Shown here piece after piece: positions 45,943-55,527 of a stretch of DNA of 64,000 bases. The position numbers and the translations under genes were made by a program. Origin of the DNA: an uncultured Gemmatimonadales bacterium (lineage in GTDB: Bacteria > Gemmatimonadota > Gemmatimonadetes > Gemmatimonadales > JACORV01); the NCBI GenBank assembly GCA_963835535.1, contig CAWIFL010000013.1:3046-67045 (forward strand), written 5' to 3'. Numbering within the stretch: the stretch's first letter is position 1; each line of letters begins with the position of its first letter. The notes beneath the pieces are model-generated. The model saw only the letters and a list, made by a program, of their open reading frames with translations, was not told the DNA's origin and searched no databases.

Positions 45943-47696
45943 GTGCCGGGCACCAGGCCGCGCACCCGATCGAGCTCGCGGCGCGCCTCGGGCACCAGCG
46001 CGCTCTCGGGGTGCGCCAGGATCATCGCTTCGAGGCGCCGGGCCGCCCCCTTCACGTCGCCGCGGCCGGCGAGGGCGCGGGCGAGCGCGAGCTCCGCCGC
46101 CGGCGCCGCGTTGGACGCGCCGAACCGGTCGGCCACCTCCAGCCACAGCGCCTCCGCGCCCGCCGAGTCGCGACCCGCGGCGGCGCACCGCGCCGCCCAG
46201 GCGAGCAGCGCGGGCTCCGCCTCCGACCCCGCAGCGGAATCGGCGAGGCCGCGCGCCACCGCGACCAGGGCGCGCGACGCCCCGAGCGAGTCGCCGCGCG
46301 CGGCGCGGAGCAGCGCGGCGCCCAGCTCGGGAAGCGTGTCCCGTCCCACCGCGTCGATCAGCGCCACCGTCTCGGCTCGCAACGGCGCCAGCGCGCGATC
46401 GCCCACCGACGCGCCGGCGAGGCGCAGCAGCCGCCGCGCCTCCGCCAGGCGCCCGCGATACAGGGCCACCCAGCCGCGCACCTCGTCCCCGGCGAGCGAC
46501 GAATCGCCGTCCACCGCGCGCTCCGCCCGCTCGAGGGCGCCACGCCGCAGCCACCCGCGCGCGATGACGCGGGCGAGCCGCTCCCGCTCCGTGCCGCTCA
46601 GACGCTCGAGCGCGGCGGCGAGCGTCCGAGAGGCCTCCTCCGGATTCCCTTCCCGCACCTGCAGCTCGACCGTCGCGGCCGCCGCCGCCGAGCGGGTCTC
46701 GCCGTCGGCAGACGTGTCCGCCGCCAGCGTCCGGAGCACCCGCCGCGCGGCAGCGGTGTCGCCGGCCGCGGCGAACGCCTGGGCGCTCTCGATCCTGGTC
46801 CGCCCCGCGTCCTCCGGCGGGAGCGCCGCCGCCAGCAGGTCGTAGGCCGCGCCCGCCGCGCGCTGCGCATCGGGCCCGCCGAGGGCTTGCGAGCGCTCGG
46901 CGAAGGTCCGCAGCGCGACGATCCGGAGCGAATCGGATGCGGGCAGCGCGTCCTTGAGCAGCGCCCAGGCCCGGCCCGGCTCGCTCCACCCGAGCAGCAG
47001 ATCCGCCGCCAGCTGCCGGCCGGTCGCCGCTTCCGGGCCCGACGCGGTCAGGGCGGCGATCACGGCGTCACGCGCCGCGGTCGGCGCGGGCCGGAGACTG
47101 AAGGACGCCGCATCCGCGTAGACGGCCTGCGCCCCCACCGCGGCCCTCCACTCCCGGGCGGCGCCCGCCCAGTCCCCCTGCTGCACGTCCACCTGCGCCA
47201 GCTCGGGCGCGAGGGCCGAAGGGTCGCCCAGCCGCTGCCGCGCGAGCAGGACCGCGTCCCGCGCGTCCTGCACGCGGCCGGCCCTGAAGGAGAGGCGCGC
47301 CCACTCCCGGTAGGGCGCCGGGCTGGCGGAGTCCACCGCCACCCACCGGGACAACGCCCTGGCCGCGAGCGAGTCCCGTCCCATCGCGCGCAGCGTGCGC
47401 AGCTCGACCGCGTAGGCGGTCGCCGCCGCAGGGTTCGCCGCGATCGCGCGCTCCGCGCAGGCCAGCACCGTGTCCCGCTGCGCCGGCTGGACGAATACGC
47501 GCTCCAGGCCGAGCAGCGCCGCGGCGTTGGTGGGCTCCTCCGCGAGCACCTGGCGGTACAGCGTTCCCGCTTCGTTCCACGCTCCCACCCCCTCGAGGTC
47601 CATCGCGCGGAGCAGGATCTCCTGCCCCGCCGCGTGCGCCGGCGCCACGGCCGCCAGCGCCAGCAGCACCAGGAGCGGACTAGCGACCCTGCGCAT
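45939..47696 (-). CDS. secreted TPR-like repeat protein
   Basis: ORF 45939..47696(-), 585 aa. Signal peptide: MRRVASPLLVLLALAAVAPAHA. The protein is Ala/Leu/Arg-rich with helical-repeat character throughout. The start overlaps the upstream gene end by 17 nt. Confidence 0.7.
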   Translation of the reverse strand: MRRVASPLLVLLALAAVAPAHAAGQEILLRAMDLEGVGAWNEAGTLYRQVLAEEPTNAAALLGLERVFVQPAQRDTVLACAERAIAANPAAATAYAVELRTLRAMGRDSLAARALSRWVAVDSASPAPYREWARLSFRAGRVQDARDAVLLARQRLGDPSALAPELAQVDVQQGDWAGAAREWRAAVGAQAVYADAASFSLRPAPTAARDAVIAALTASGPEAATGRQLAADLLLGWSEPGRAWALLKDALPASDSLRIVALRTFAERSQALGGPDAQRAAGAAYDLLAAALPPEDAGRTRIESAQAFAAAGDTAAARRVLRTLAADTSADGETRSAAAAATVELQVREGNPEEASRTLAAALERLSGTERERLARVIARGWLRRGALERAERAVDGDSSLAGDEVRGWVALYRGRLAEARRLLRLAGASVGDRALAPLRAETVALIDAVGRDTLPELGAALLRAARGDSLGASRALVAVARGLADSAAGSEAEPALLAWAARCAAAGRDSAGAEALWLEVADRFGASNAAPAAELALARALAGRGDVKGAARRLEAMILAHPESALVPEARRELDRVRGLVPGT

Positions 47697-50600
47697 TGAT
47701 CCGCCGGAAGTAATCGAGCACCATCGCCCGCTCGGCCGGGGAGAGCGACTTGAGCTGGTCCCATTTCGGGATCGGGTACTTGAGACCCGGCTCGCGCGGC
47801 ACCGTCCCCACCGGGACGCTCGCGGCGTGCTCGCGCGCCGTCTCGCTCTTCCGCTCGGCGTCCTCCTCGTCGCTCTGCAGCGATCGGCCCGCGTCGAGCA
47901 TGTGCCGGAACAGCTGCTGCTGGCGTTCCAACGTCCGCCGGTCCAGCTGTCCCTGCTCGAGCCGGTCCGCCAGCCGCCGCGCCTCCTCAGCCAGATCCTC
48001 CGGCCGGCCCTGGAGCCCCATGCCGCGCAGCCGCTCCATCTCGTTGGCGAGCGCGCGCTGCCGGGCGGCGATCTCGCGCAGCTGCTGCATCACCGCCTCG
48101 CTGAACGATCCGGGGCCCAGCATCGGCAGGAGGCCGGTGAGCTGCCCGTTGAGCGCGCCCTGCCGGGTCGCCAGCTCCGCCATCCGCTTGAGCGCCTCCG
48201 CGAACCCGGAGCCCGACTGCGCGCCCGCGACGTCGTCCCCCGACCGCATGATCTGAAAGGCCGCGGAGGACAGCGCCTGCGCGGCGTCCTGTGCCCGGGA
48301 CGCGGCGGCGGCGGGATCGGTCCGCGGCGCCTCCAGCGCCCGGCGCGACTGCTCGATCTGCTGCCGCGCGAGCCCCAGCGCCGCGCCGAGCTGCGGCGAG
48401 ACCAGGGCGTTCCTCCCCGACGCCTCTCCGAGGCGCCGCGCGACCTGGTCCACGCCCTGCTCGAGCGCCGACTGCTGGCCGCTCGCGTCGGCGGAGCCTT
48501 CGCCGCGGCGGAGGCGTTCGGCCATACCCTGCTCCTCCACGGCGAGCGCGATGGTCTCCGCCTCGGCGGAGCGCAGCAGTTTCAGGACCTCGGCCCGCCA
48601 TGCCGCCGCCATCCGCGCCTCCCGGCCGCGCAGCGAATCGCCGACCCCGCGCAGCGCGTCCGCCGCCTCCGCGCCGCGCGGCCCGGCGTCCTGCCGGCGC
48701 CCGGCCGACATCGCGGCGCCCGCGTCCTCCATCTTCGCGCCGGCCTGCGCGACCTGTCGCTCGGCCCACGCGACCGTGCCCGCGCCGGCGCTGTCCCCGC
48801 GCTGCGTCAGCCGCGGGCCCAGAGCCTCGAGGCCGGAATGCAGCGTGTCGGCCTCGCGGCGAAGCGTGCGCTGCTCCTCGGCCGCCGCCGTCGTGTCCTG
48901 CGCGGCCGCAGCGCGATCCGCCCACTGCAGCTCCGCCTGGCGGAGCGCCTCCGCGTTCTGGGCGTACGTCTGGAGCGAGCCCTCGAGCGCCGCTCGCTCG
49001 AACAGCTCAGCGCTCCGCTCGAGCTGCCGCCGCATCTCCTGCTGCGACTCCGCCAGCTGGCGCAGCGCCTGCTCGACCGCCCGCGGATCCAGGTGCTCCA
49101 GCGCCGACCGGAGCTGTTCCAGGCGCGCGCGCAGCTCCGGCGTCACCGCCTGCTGCAGCAGCTGGTCCAGCTCGCGCAGCCGCTGCTGCCACGCGGAATC
49201 GGTGAGCCCCGCGCGCTGCGCCGCCGCCGCCACGCCGGCCAGCGCCTGCCGCAGGCTGTCGGTGCGCTCGAGCAGCCGCTGCTGCTCGTCGCGCACGCGA
49301 CCCGCTTCCTGCGCCTGCTCGAACGGCAGCGGTGCGCCGGAGCGCTGGGTCTGGTCGCCGGCCGGAGCGCCCGTGGAGTCGGCGCCACCGGCGCCGCGGT
49401 TGCGCTGCGCCGCCAGGTCCCCGGTGCGCCGGCTCAGCGCCGCCGCATCCCCCGCCAGGTCGGACGCGCGGCGGGCCAGGGTGTCGCCCGCGGCGCGCAC
49501 GGCGTCGCGCAGCTCCGCCATCGACCGCAGACGCACCGCGTACTCGCGGCTCGACGCGCGGTGCGGCTGCGGCGCCCGGTCGGTCGCGCGCGCGAACAGC
49601 CGCAGGGTGTCGCCGGGCAGGAGCCCGCGGCCGTTGAGGTCGAGGAGGACGCTCTCGACCACGTGGTCGGCCCCCGCGACTCCCGCCACCGTGTCCACGG
49701 CGCGCGCTCCCACGGTGCCGAGCCGGCTCACCCGCCAGCTAACGATCTCGACCGAGGCCAGCGCGTGGTCGTCGCGCGCGTCCACGACCAGCGGGAGCCG
49801 CAGGTCCAGCGGAGCGGTGGTGTCCGCTCCGGGCACCGGCAACGCGACCACCGGCGCGCTGTCGGGCACCGCGCGGAGATCGAACACGGGGAGCGGACCC
49901 GGGAAGGGCTCGCCCGACGCGTCCGCCAGCACGAGCCGCCACGTCGCCGCGCGGCGGACGACGAGGTCGCCGGCGAAGCTGCGTCCCGACGCGGAGAGCG
50001 CGCGACGCTCCGGACCCACGAGCGCCGCCGCCGAGACCGTCGCGCTCGCGACGCCGCGGAGCGCGAGCACCGTTCCCTCGGGAAGCGCCACGGGGCCTTC
50101 TTCCGGGGGCAGCGCCTCGTCCTGACGTTCGAGGTACGCCGGGAAGCGCGCCGTCACCGCCAGCTCCGTGACGAACGGGGGCTCGATGACGCCGACCCGC
50201 AGCGTGTCCGACGCCCGGCCCCCGCTGCGCGCGTACACGAAGACCGGCGCCGTCAGTCCCGCGAGGCGCGCGGTCGCGCGATCCGGCCCCGCCGCGGCGA
50301 GCGGGACCGCGCGCCAGGTCTCGCCGGTCTCGCGCACGAACAGCCGCGCGTCCGCGATGGCGGGAGAGCGGACGCTCACCACCGCCGCGCCGCCGCGGCG
50401 CACCGCCGGCGGCGACACCGCGACCTGGACCCGCGCGCCCAGCGACGCCGCCAGCGCCCGGAGCGGCGAGACCAGCTCCGCCGCGGCGTCGCCGGCCCAG
50501 GCGAAGGCGAGCGCCGCGAGGACCGCCGCCGCCGCGCAGGCGGCAGCGCCCGCGCGCAGGCGGCGCGAGAGGCCCCGCGCCGCCTCGGGCGCCCAGGACG

Positions 50601-51081
50601 CCTCCGACGGCAGCGCGCGCGCCACCCGCTCGGCCGCCCGCGCCACGAGCGCGGGCGAGGCGCCGGCGGGCGTGAGTGCCGCCGCGTCCACGATCCCCAC
50701 GAGCGAGCCGCGCCGCAGCGCCTGCTCCCGCTCCACCAGCGCCGCCGTGTCGCGCAGCGCCGCCCCACGCCGCACGCGTACGCGCCACGCCGGGCGCGCC
50801 GCCGCCAGCGCCGCGGCCAGGGCGGCGACCCAGGCGGCGAGCGGCGCCCACGCCGCGGACGCGAGCAGCCCGAAGCGCGCCGCGAGCGCCGCGACGGCGA
50901 GCACGAGGGCCGCCGCCGCGGCGGCGGCGAGCAGCGCGGCTAGGGCGCGCCGTCGCGCCAGCAGGGTCTCGAGGCGCGCGAGGGAGCGGACGATCTCGGT
51001 GGCACTCGCCGCGAGGCCGGATCGAGCGGGCGGCGCAGCGGAGGTGTCGCGCGCAGCGCGGTCACCGTCCGGCGCGTTCAC
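47680..51081 (-). CDS. large membrane protein with long coiled-coil region, DUF4175-like
   Basis: Tail of ORF 47680..51462(-) from VNAPDGDRAARD. Two or three N-terminal TM helices are followed by beta-rich segments and a long Q/E/R/A-rich coiled coil. Conserved C-terminus: ..YPIPKWDQLKSLSPAERAMVLDYFRRINAQGR. GTG 51081 overlaps the DUF4159 stop (GTGA). Confidence 0.7.
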   Translation of the reverse strand: MNAPDGDRAARDTSAAPPARSGLAASATEIVRSLARLETLLARRRALAALLAAAAAAALVLAVAALAARFGLLASAAWAPLAAWVAALAAALAAARPAWRVRVRRGAALRDTAALVEREQALRRGSLVGIVDAAALTPAGASPALVARAAERVARALPSEASWAPEAARGLSRRLRAGAAACAAAAVLAALAFAWAGDAAAELVSPLRALAASLGARVQVAVSPPAVRRGGAAVVSVRSPAIADARLFVRETGETWRAVPLAAAGPDRATARLAGLTAPVFVYARSGGRASDTLRVGVIEPPFVTELAVTARFPAYLERQDEALPPEEGPVALPEGTVLALRGVASATVSAAALVGPERRALSASGRSFAGDLVVRRAATWRLVLADASGEPFPGPLPVFDLRAVPDSAPVVALPVPGADTTAPLDLRLPLVVDARDDHALASVEIVSWRVSRLGTVGARAVDTVAGVAGADHVVESVLLDLNGRGLLPGDTLRLFARATDRAPQPHRASSREYAVRLRSMAELRDAVRAAGDTLARRASDLAGDAAALSRRTGDLAAQRNRGAGGADSTGAPAGDQTQRSGAPLPFEQAQEAGRVRDEQQRLLERTDSLRQALAGVAAAAQRAGLTDSAWQQRLRELDQLLQQAVTPELRARLEQLRSALEHLDPRAVEQALRQLAESQQEMRRQLERSAELFERAALEGSLQTYAQNAEALRQAELQWADRAAAAQDTTAAAEEQRTLRREADTLHSGLEALGPRLTQRGDSAGAGTVAWAERQVAQAGAKMEDAGAAMSAGRRQDAGPRGAEAADALRGVGDSLRGREARMAAAWRAEVLKLLRSAEAETIALAVEEQGMAERLRRGEGSADASGQQSALEQGVDQVARRLGEASGRNALVSPQLGAALGLARQQIEQSRRALEAPRTDPAAAASRAQDAAQALSSAAFQIMRSGDDVAGAQSGSGFAEALKRMAELATRQGALNGQLTGLLPMLGPGSFSEAVMQQLREIAARQRALANEMERLRGMGLQGRPEDLAEEARRLADRLEQGQLDRRTLERQQQLFRHMLDAGRSLQSDEEDAERKSETAREHAASVPVGTVPREPGLKYPIPKWDQLKSLSPAERAMVLDYFRRINAQGR

Positions 51082-51686
51082 GCGCTGCCGCTCACCGCGT
51101 ACGCGAAGAGGTTGACGCCCATCCGCAGCGCCTGCTCGCGAATCGGCTCCGGATCGTGGTGCACTTCCGGGTCCTCCCACCCGTCGCCGAGATCGGACTG
51201 ATAAGAATAGTAGAGCACCAGCCGTGTCCCCAGAAAGACGCCGAACCCCTGCGCGGGCAACCCGTCGTGCTCGTGGATCTTCGGCAGGCCCTTCGGGAAC
51301 TCGTAGACCAGATGATAGATCGGATGATCGAGCGGCACCTCGACCATCGGCCGCTCGGGGAACGCCTTCGCGATCTCGCGCCGGATGGACTTGTCCATCC
51401 CGTAGCAGTCGTCCGCGTGCAGGAAGCCGCCCGCCTCGACGTGCGCGCGCAGCAGGCGGCACTCCTCCGGCGACCAGAGGACGTTGCCGTGCCCCGTCAT
51501 ATAGAGGTAAGGGACGTCGGGGAGGAACGGATCGGTCAGCCGCACCACGCGCTCGCGCTCCGTCGTCACGAGGCTGGTGCGCTCGCGAATCGCCCGCAGC
51601 AGGTTGGGCAGGCTGGAGGGGTTCGCGTACCAGTCGCCGCCGCCGTCGTAGTGCAGGCGGCCGATGGTGAGCGGAGCCGCCCTCAC
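51078..51686 (-). CDS. DUF4159 domain-containing protein
   Basis: ORF 51078..51686(-), 202 aa. Pattern: GRLHYDGGGDWYANPSSLPNLL..PYLYMTGHG..GGFLHADDCYG..PIYH. GTG 51686 overlaps the rsmI stop (GTGA). Confidence 0.8.
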   Translation of the reverse strand: MRAAPLTIGRLHYDGGGDWYANPSSLPNLLRAIRERTSLVTTERERVVRLTDPFLPDVPYLYMTGHGNVLWSPEECRLLRAHVEAGGFLHADDCYGMDKSIRREIAKAFPERPMVEVPLDHPIYHLVYEFPKGLPKIHEHDGLPAQGFGVFLGTRLVLYYSYQSDLGDGWEDPEVHHDPEPIREQALRMGVNLFAYAVSGSA

Positions 51687-52525
51687 CGGGTCAGCAGGCG
51701 ATAGGCGTCGTGGCGGGACAGTCCGAGGCGTCGGGACAGCTCCTTCGCGATGGCCGACGGCGCGGCGCCGGCGGCCCGCAGCGTCGAGATCAGCTCACCC
51801 GCGTCGGGCGGCACCGCGGGGGCGGGGGCGGGCGCGGGAGAACCTCCGCTCACGCCGCTCACGACCACCGTGACTTCGCCCCGCGGGGGGTGTGCCTCGT
51901 AATACTGGATCAGCTCCCCGACCGTTCCCCTCCGGACCTCCTCGTGCAGCTTGGTCAGCTCGCGCGCCACGGCCGCCGGCCGGCCGGCGCCGCAGCGCGC
52001 CTCCAGGTCCTGCAGCAGGGCGACGGTGCGGCCCGGCGCCTCGTAGCAGATCGTGGTCCAGGGCTCGGTCGCGATCCGCTCCAGCAGCGCCGCGCGCGTC
52101 GTCCCCTTCTTCGGCAGGAAACCGAGGAAGAGGAAACGGTCGGCGGGGAACCCCGCCGCGGCGAGCGCCGCCAGCACCGCCGCCGGCCCCGGGATCGGCA
52201 CGACCGCCAGGCCGCGCGCGTGCGCCCGCTCGGCGACGAACGCTCCCGGGTCCGACACCCCCGGCGTGCCCGCGTCGGTGACGTACGCGACGTCCTCGCC
52301 CGCCTCGACGCGGTCCAGCAGCCGCTCGACCACTTCCGGCCGGCTGTGCGCGTGGAGGCTGACGAGCGGGGGCGAGACCTCGTAGTGCCCCAGGAGCCGC
52401 CGCGTCCGCCGCGTGTCTTCCGCCGCGACGACCGCGACCTGCCGCAGCACCTCCAGGCCCCGAAAAGAAAAATCCCCCAGATGGCCGATGGGGGTGCTCA
52501 GCATGTACAGCGTCCCGCGTCTCAC
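51683..52525 (-). CDS. rsmI: 16S rRNA (cytidine1402-2'-O)-methyltransferase
   Basis: Tail of ORF 51683..53173(-) from VRRGTLYMLSTPIGHLGDFS. Motifs: VAAEDTRRTRRLL, TDAGTPGVSDPG, PGPAAVLAAL, FLGFLPKK, ARELTKLHEE. GTG 52525 overlaps the upstream stop (GTGA). Confidence 0.9.
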   Translation of the reverse strand: MRRGTLYMLSTPIGHLGDFSFRGLEVLRQVAVVAAEDTRRTRRLLGHYEVSPPLVSLHAHSRPEVVERLLDRVEAGEDVAYVTDAGTPGVSDPGAFVAERAHARGLAVVPIPGPAAVLAALAAAGFPADRFLFLGFLPKKGTTRAALLERIATEPWTTICYEAPGRTVALLQDLEARCGAGRPAAVARELTKLHEEVRRGTVGELIQYYEAHPPRGEVTVVVSGVSGGSPAPAPAPAVPPDAGELISTLRAAGAAPSAIAKELSRRLGLSRHDAYRLLTR

Positions 52526-53538
52526 CACTGGATGCGCCAGGGCAGCTTCTCGAAGAACCCCACCGCGTTCAGCGCGAAGCGGTGCTCGCGTGCGGCGTCC
52601 CGGAGGATGCGCAGCGCGCTCTGGGGCTGGAGCACCTCCACCTCGGTGAGCAGCTCCTTGGTCCAGGTGGCCACGCCGTCGGCCAGGATCACCGGCTCGA
52701 CGACCGGGTCCTGCTGCGCGGCGTCGCGCGTCCCGCCCACCCACTGGAGCACCTGGTACTGCGGCAACAGGCGTTGCCGCACGCGCTCGGCCCGCTTGGC
52801 CCCCTGCCCCGGCGCCTCGAGCTCGATCAGGTCGGCGAGGTCCCAGGTGTAGTGCCGGAACATCTTGATCATCGCCGGCGGCGCCTGTCGCGGGAGCGGC
52901 GGCGGCCCGTCGTACACCTGCGCGACCACCTTCGGCAGCGGTTCGGGCGGCGTCGAGGTGAACAGCCGCGCCACCGTGGCGAGCGGCGGGTCGTTCGGCA
53001 ACCGCTCGGCGAAGTGCCCGGAGGCGAAGCGTCCGTCCTTCACCTGGAGGTAGTTCACGCGGCCGTTCGAGATCAGCTCCAGCAGGCCCGACCACTTCCG
53101 CTCGAACAACGTCCGGAAGATGGTCTCGGGGCTCTTCGGGTCGAGGACCATCGGCAGCGGCGCCCCGCTGCATGCGGTGTACATCGCGGCCAGGAGGTCC
53201 TGCGGCGCCTCGTGGAAGGCGATTTCCGCGCGCTCGGAGCCCTCGTGGATGCGCCGCAGCGCCTCGGCGATCGCGACGGCGGACCGCCCCGCCGGGTTCA
53301 CGAGCGCGGCGTTGACCAGCTCGCCGCCCAGGAAGAAGAGGAGGACCAGCTCGTCGGGAAGGTAGGCGGCGAGGTACGCGTCCACCTTCCCGTCGCGGTC
53401 GTGCTTGCTGAAAGCGATCAGGTTGTCGAGGGCGATGTACGGCGCGCGGGTGCGGGCCACCAGCGCCTGGCCGCAGGGGAACGCCAGGTCCCAGAGACGG
53501 ATCGAGGTAGCCGTCAGGACGGCCGTCGATGCGCGCAT
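52522..53538 (-). CDS. hypothetical protein (338 aa), unknown family
   Basis: Tail of ORF 52522..53775(-) from MRASTAVLTATSIRLWDLAF. The sequence is non-repetitive and GC3 is coding-like. ATG 53538 is 2 nt after the trxA stop. I do not recognise the family. Confidence 0.6.
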   Translation of the reverse strand: MRASTAVLTATSIRLWDLAFPCGQALVARTRAPYIALDNLIAFSKHDRDGKVDAYLAAYLPDELVLLFFLGGELVNAALVNPAGRSAVAIAEALRRIHEGSERAEIAFHEAPQDLLAAMYTACSGAPLPMVLDPKSPETIFRTLFERKWSGLLELISNGRVNYLQVKDGRFASGHFAERLPNDPPLATVARLFTSTPPEPLPKVVAQVYDGPPPLPRQAPPAMIKMFRHYTWDLADLIELEAPGQGAKRAERVRQRLLPQYQVLQWVGGTRDAAQQDPVVEPVILADGVATWTKELLTEVEVLQPQSALRILRDAAREHRFALNAVGFFEKLPWRIQW

Positions 53539-53540
53539 GT

Positions 53541-53870
53541 CTAGAGGTGCTGCGTGATCTTCCCCACGAGGTGCGCCTTGGGCACGGCGCCGACCACCGT
53601 GTCCACGTGCTTGCCGCCCTTGAAGAAGAGCAGCGAGGGGATGGACCGGACGTTGAAGCGCATCGGCGTCTGCTGGTTCGCGTCCACGTCGAGCTTGGTG
53701 ATCCTCAGCTTGCCGGCGTACTCGCCGGCGATCTGCTCGAGGATCGGGGCGATGACGCGGCACGGACCACACCACTCGGCCCAGAAGTCCACGAGGACGA
53801 GACCGGGCTGCTGCTCCACCTCCGACTGAAACGTCGCGTCGGTCACCGTCATCGCGTGCGACCCTGCCAT
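53541..53870 (-). CDS. trxA: thioredoxin
   Basis: ORF 53541..53870(-). Motifs: LVDFWAEWCGPCR active site, PSLLFFKGG. An alternative ATG at 53852 (MTVTDATF) is possible. Confidence 0.9.
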   Translation of the reverse strand: MAGSHAMTVTDATFQSEVEQQPGLVLVDFWAEWCGPCRVIAPILEQIAGEYAGKLRITKLDVDANQQTPMRFNVRSIPSLLFFKGGKHVDTVVGAVPKAHLVGKITQHL

Positions 53871-53899
53871 GTCGTGTCGCTCCGAGTTAGAATGTCCGC

Positions 53900-54310
53900 G
53901 TGCTCCCGCCCGAAGTCCAGCGCGACGCCGCTCTGGCTCACGTCGGGGTGGCCGTCCAGGATCTCGCCGGGGCCGCCGCCTTCTACCGTGACGTGCTCGG
54001 CCTCGCGCCCGGCGCGCCCGCGACCGGGGACGGCGCGACGATCGTCTGCCTGGAGGCCGGGTCCACCGCCGTCGAGCTGCTCACCTCCACGGATCCCGCC
54101 AGCCCGATCGGCAAGTTCCTCGCCCGTCACGGCCCCGGCATCCACCATCTCTGCTTCCGCGTGCCCGACCTCGACCGCGCGCTGGAGCGCTGCAGGGCGG
54201 CGGGCTACCGGCTGATCGACGACGTCCCGCGTCCGGGAGCCGGCGGCCACCGCGTCGCGTTCCTCCACCCCAAGGCGACCGGCGGCATCCTGCTCGAGCT
54301 GTCGGACTAG
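53900..54310 (+). CDS. mce: methylmalonyl-CoA epimerase (VOC/glyoxalase family)
   Basis: ORF 53900..54310(+), GTG start. Motifs: LAHVGVAVQDL..FY..LG, GPGIHHLCFRV.DLD, AFLHPK...GILLEL. Confidence 0.8.
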   Translation: MLPPEVQRDAALAHVGVAVQDLAGAAAFYRDVLGLAPGAPATGDGATIVCLEAGSTAVELLTSTDPASPIGKFLARHGPGIHHLCFRVPDLDRALERCRAAGYRLIDDVPRPGAGGHRVAFLHPKATGGILLELSD

Positions 54311-54756
54311 GGGCTGCGGCGGCCGCCCGGCGTCGGCATCAGGGGCAACAGGCCGATCGCGTACACCAGCCAGCCCCCGACCGTCTGCCGCGCCACGATG
54401 AACGGCACGCTGACCCGGCGGCCCGTGCCGAACAGCTCGACGTGCACGAGGCGGCGGGTGGGCACGCCCGCCGAATCGGGATCGTCCCCGAGCACGTGGG
54501 ACGAGTCGGCCTGGAGCAGGCGCTGCATGATGGCGAGGCGCTCCTGCCGCGCGACGGCGCTCCCCCACGCGGCCCGGCCGTGCTCGTCGCCGAACAACGC
54601 GGCCATGCGCTCCAGGTCGTTGGCGTTGACGGCGGCGAGGAACTGCCCTACCGTCGCCTCGGGGGTTGGGGCCGGCGTGACGCCGGCGGGCCGCCCCGCG
54701 CAACCGACGAGCGCGACGAGGCAGGCGATGATGGGCAAGCGGTGTGTGGGGGCCAC
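54307..54756 (-). CDS. hypothetical lipoprotein, NTF2/SnoaL-like
   Basis: Tail of ORF 54307..56373(-). GTG at 54756. N-terminus: VAPTHRLPIIACLVALVGCAG (lipobox LVGC). Then QFLAAVNANDLERMAALFGDEHG. The stop shares the CTAG tetranucleotide with the convergent mce stop. Confidence 0.6.
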   Translation of the reverse strand: MAPTHRLPIIACLVALVGCAGRPAGVTPAPTPEATVGQFLAAVNANDLERMAALFGDEHGRAAWGSAVARQERLAIMQRLLQADSSHVLGDDPDSAGVPTRRLVHVELFGTGRRVSVPFIVARQTVGGWLVYAIGLLPLMPTPGGRRSP

Positions 54757-54795
54757 GAAAAGCGAAGCTAACGGACGCCCCGGGGGCGAGCAAGC

Positions 54796-55518
54796 GTGAG
54801 ACTTTACATCAACATCGACCATGCCGCGACGGTGCGGCAGGCGCGCCAGACGGACGAGCCGGACCCGGTGCGGCTCGCCGTGCTGGTCGAGCAGGCGGGC
54901 GCCGACGGCATCACCGTGCACCTGCGCGAGGATCGCCGGCACATCCAGGACCGGGACGTCGAGCTGCTGGTCGCGACGGTGCGCACGGTGGTGAATCTCG
55001 AGCTGGCGGCGACCGGCGAGATCCTCGCGATCGCCGAGCGGCTGAAGCCGCACCAGGCGACGCTGGTGCCGGAGCGCCGCGAGGAGATCACCACCGAGGG
55101 CGGGCTCGACTGCGTGAAGGGAGCGGGACGGATCCGGGACGCGGTGGCGCGGCTCAAGGCCGCCGGAATCCGCACCAGCCTGTTCATCAGTCCAGATCCC
55201 GGGACGATCGCGGCGGCCGCCGCGCTCGGGCCCGACGCCGTCGAGCTGCACACCGGCCGCTACGCCGGGACGTGGCGGACAGGCGCGGCCGCGGCGCGCG
55301 AGCTGGAGGCGGCGGCGCGGGAAGCCCGCCGGCTCGGGCTGGCGGTGCACGCCGGGCACGGGCTGACGTACGAGAACGTGGGGCCCGTGGCGGCGCTCCG
55401 GGAGATCGAGGAGCTGAACATCGGGCACAGCATCATCAGCCGAGCCGTCTTCGTGGGCGCCGAGCGCGCGGTGCGCGAGATGCGCGAGCGAATTGACCGC
55501 GCGCGGCGCGCGCCGTAG
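54796..55518 (+). CDS. pdxJ: pyridoxine 5'-phosphate synthase
   Basis: ORF 54796..55518(+), GTG start. Motifs: [56 protein letters not shown]. Confidence 0.95.
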   Translation: MRLYINIDHAATVRQARQTDEPDPVRLAVLVEQAGADGITVHLREDRRHIQDRDVELLVATVRTVVNLELAATGEILAIAERLKPHQATLVPERREEITTEGGLDCVKGAGRIRDAVARLKAAGIRTSLFISPDPGTIAAAAALGPDAVELHTGRYAGTWRTGAAAARELEAAAREARRLGLAVHAGHGLTYENVGPVAALREIEELNIGHSIISRAVFVGAERAVREMRERIDRARRAP

Positions 55519-55527
55519 GTTCGCGAA

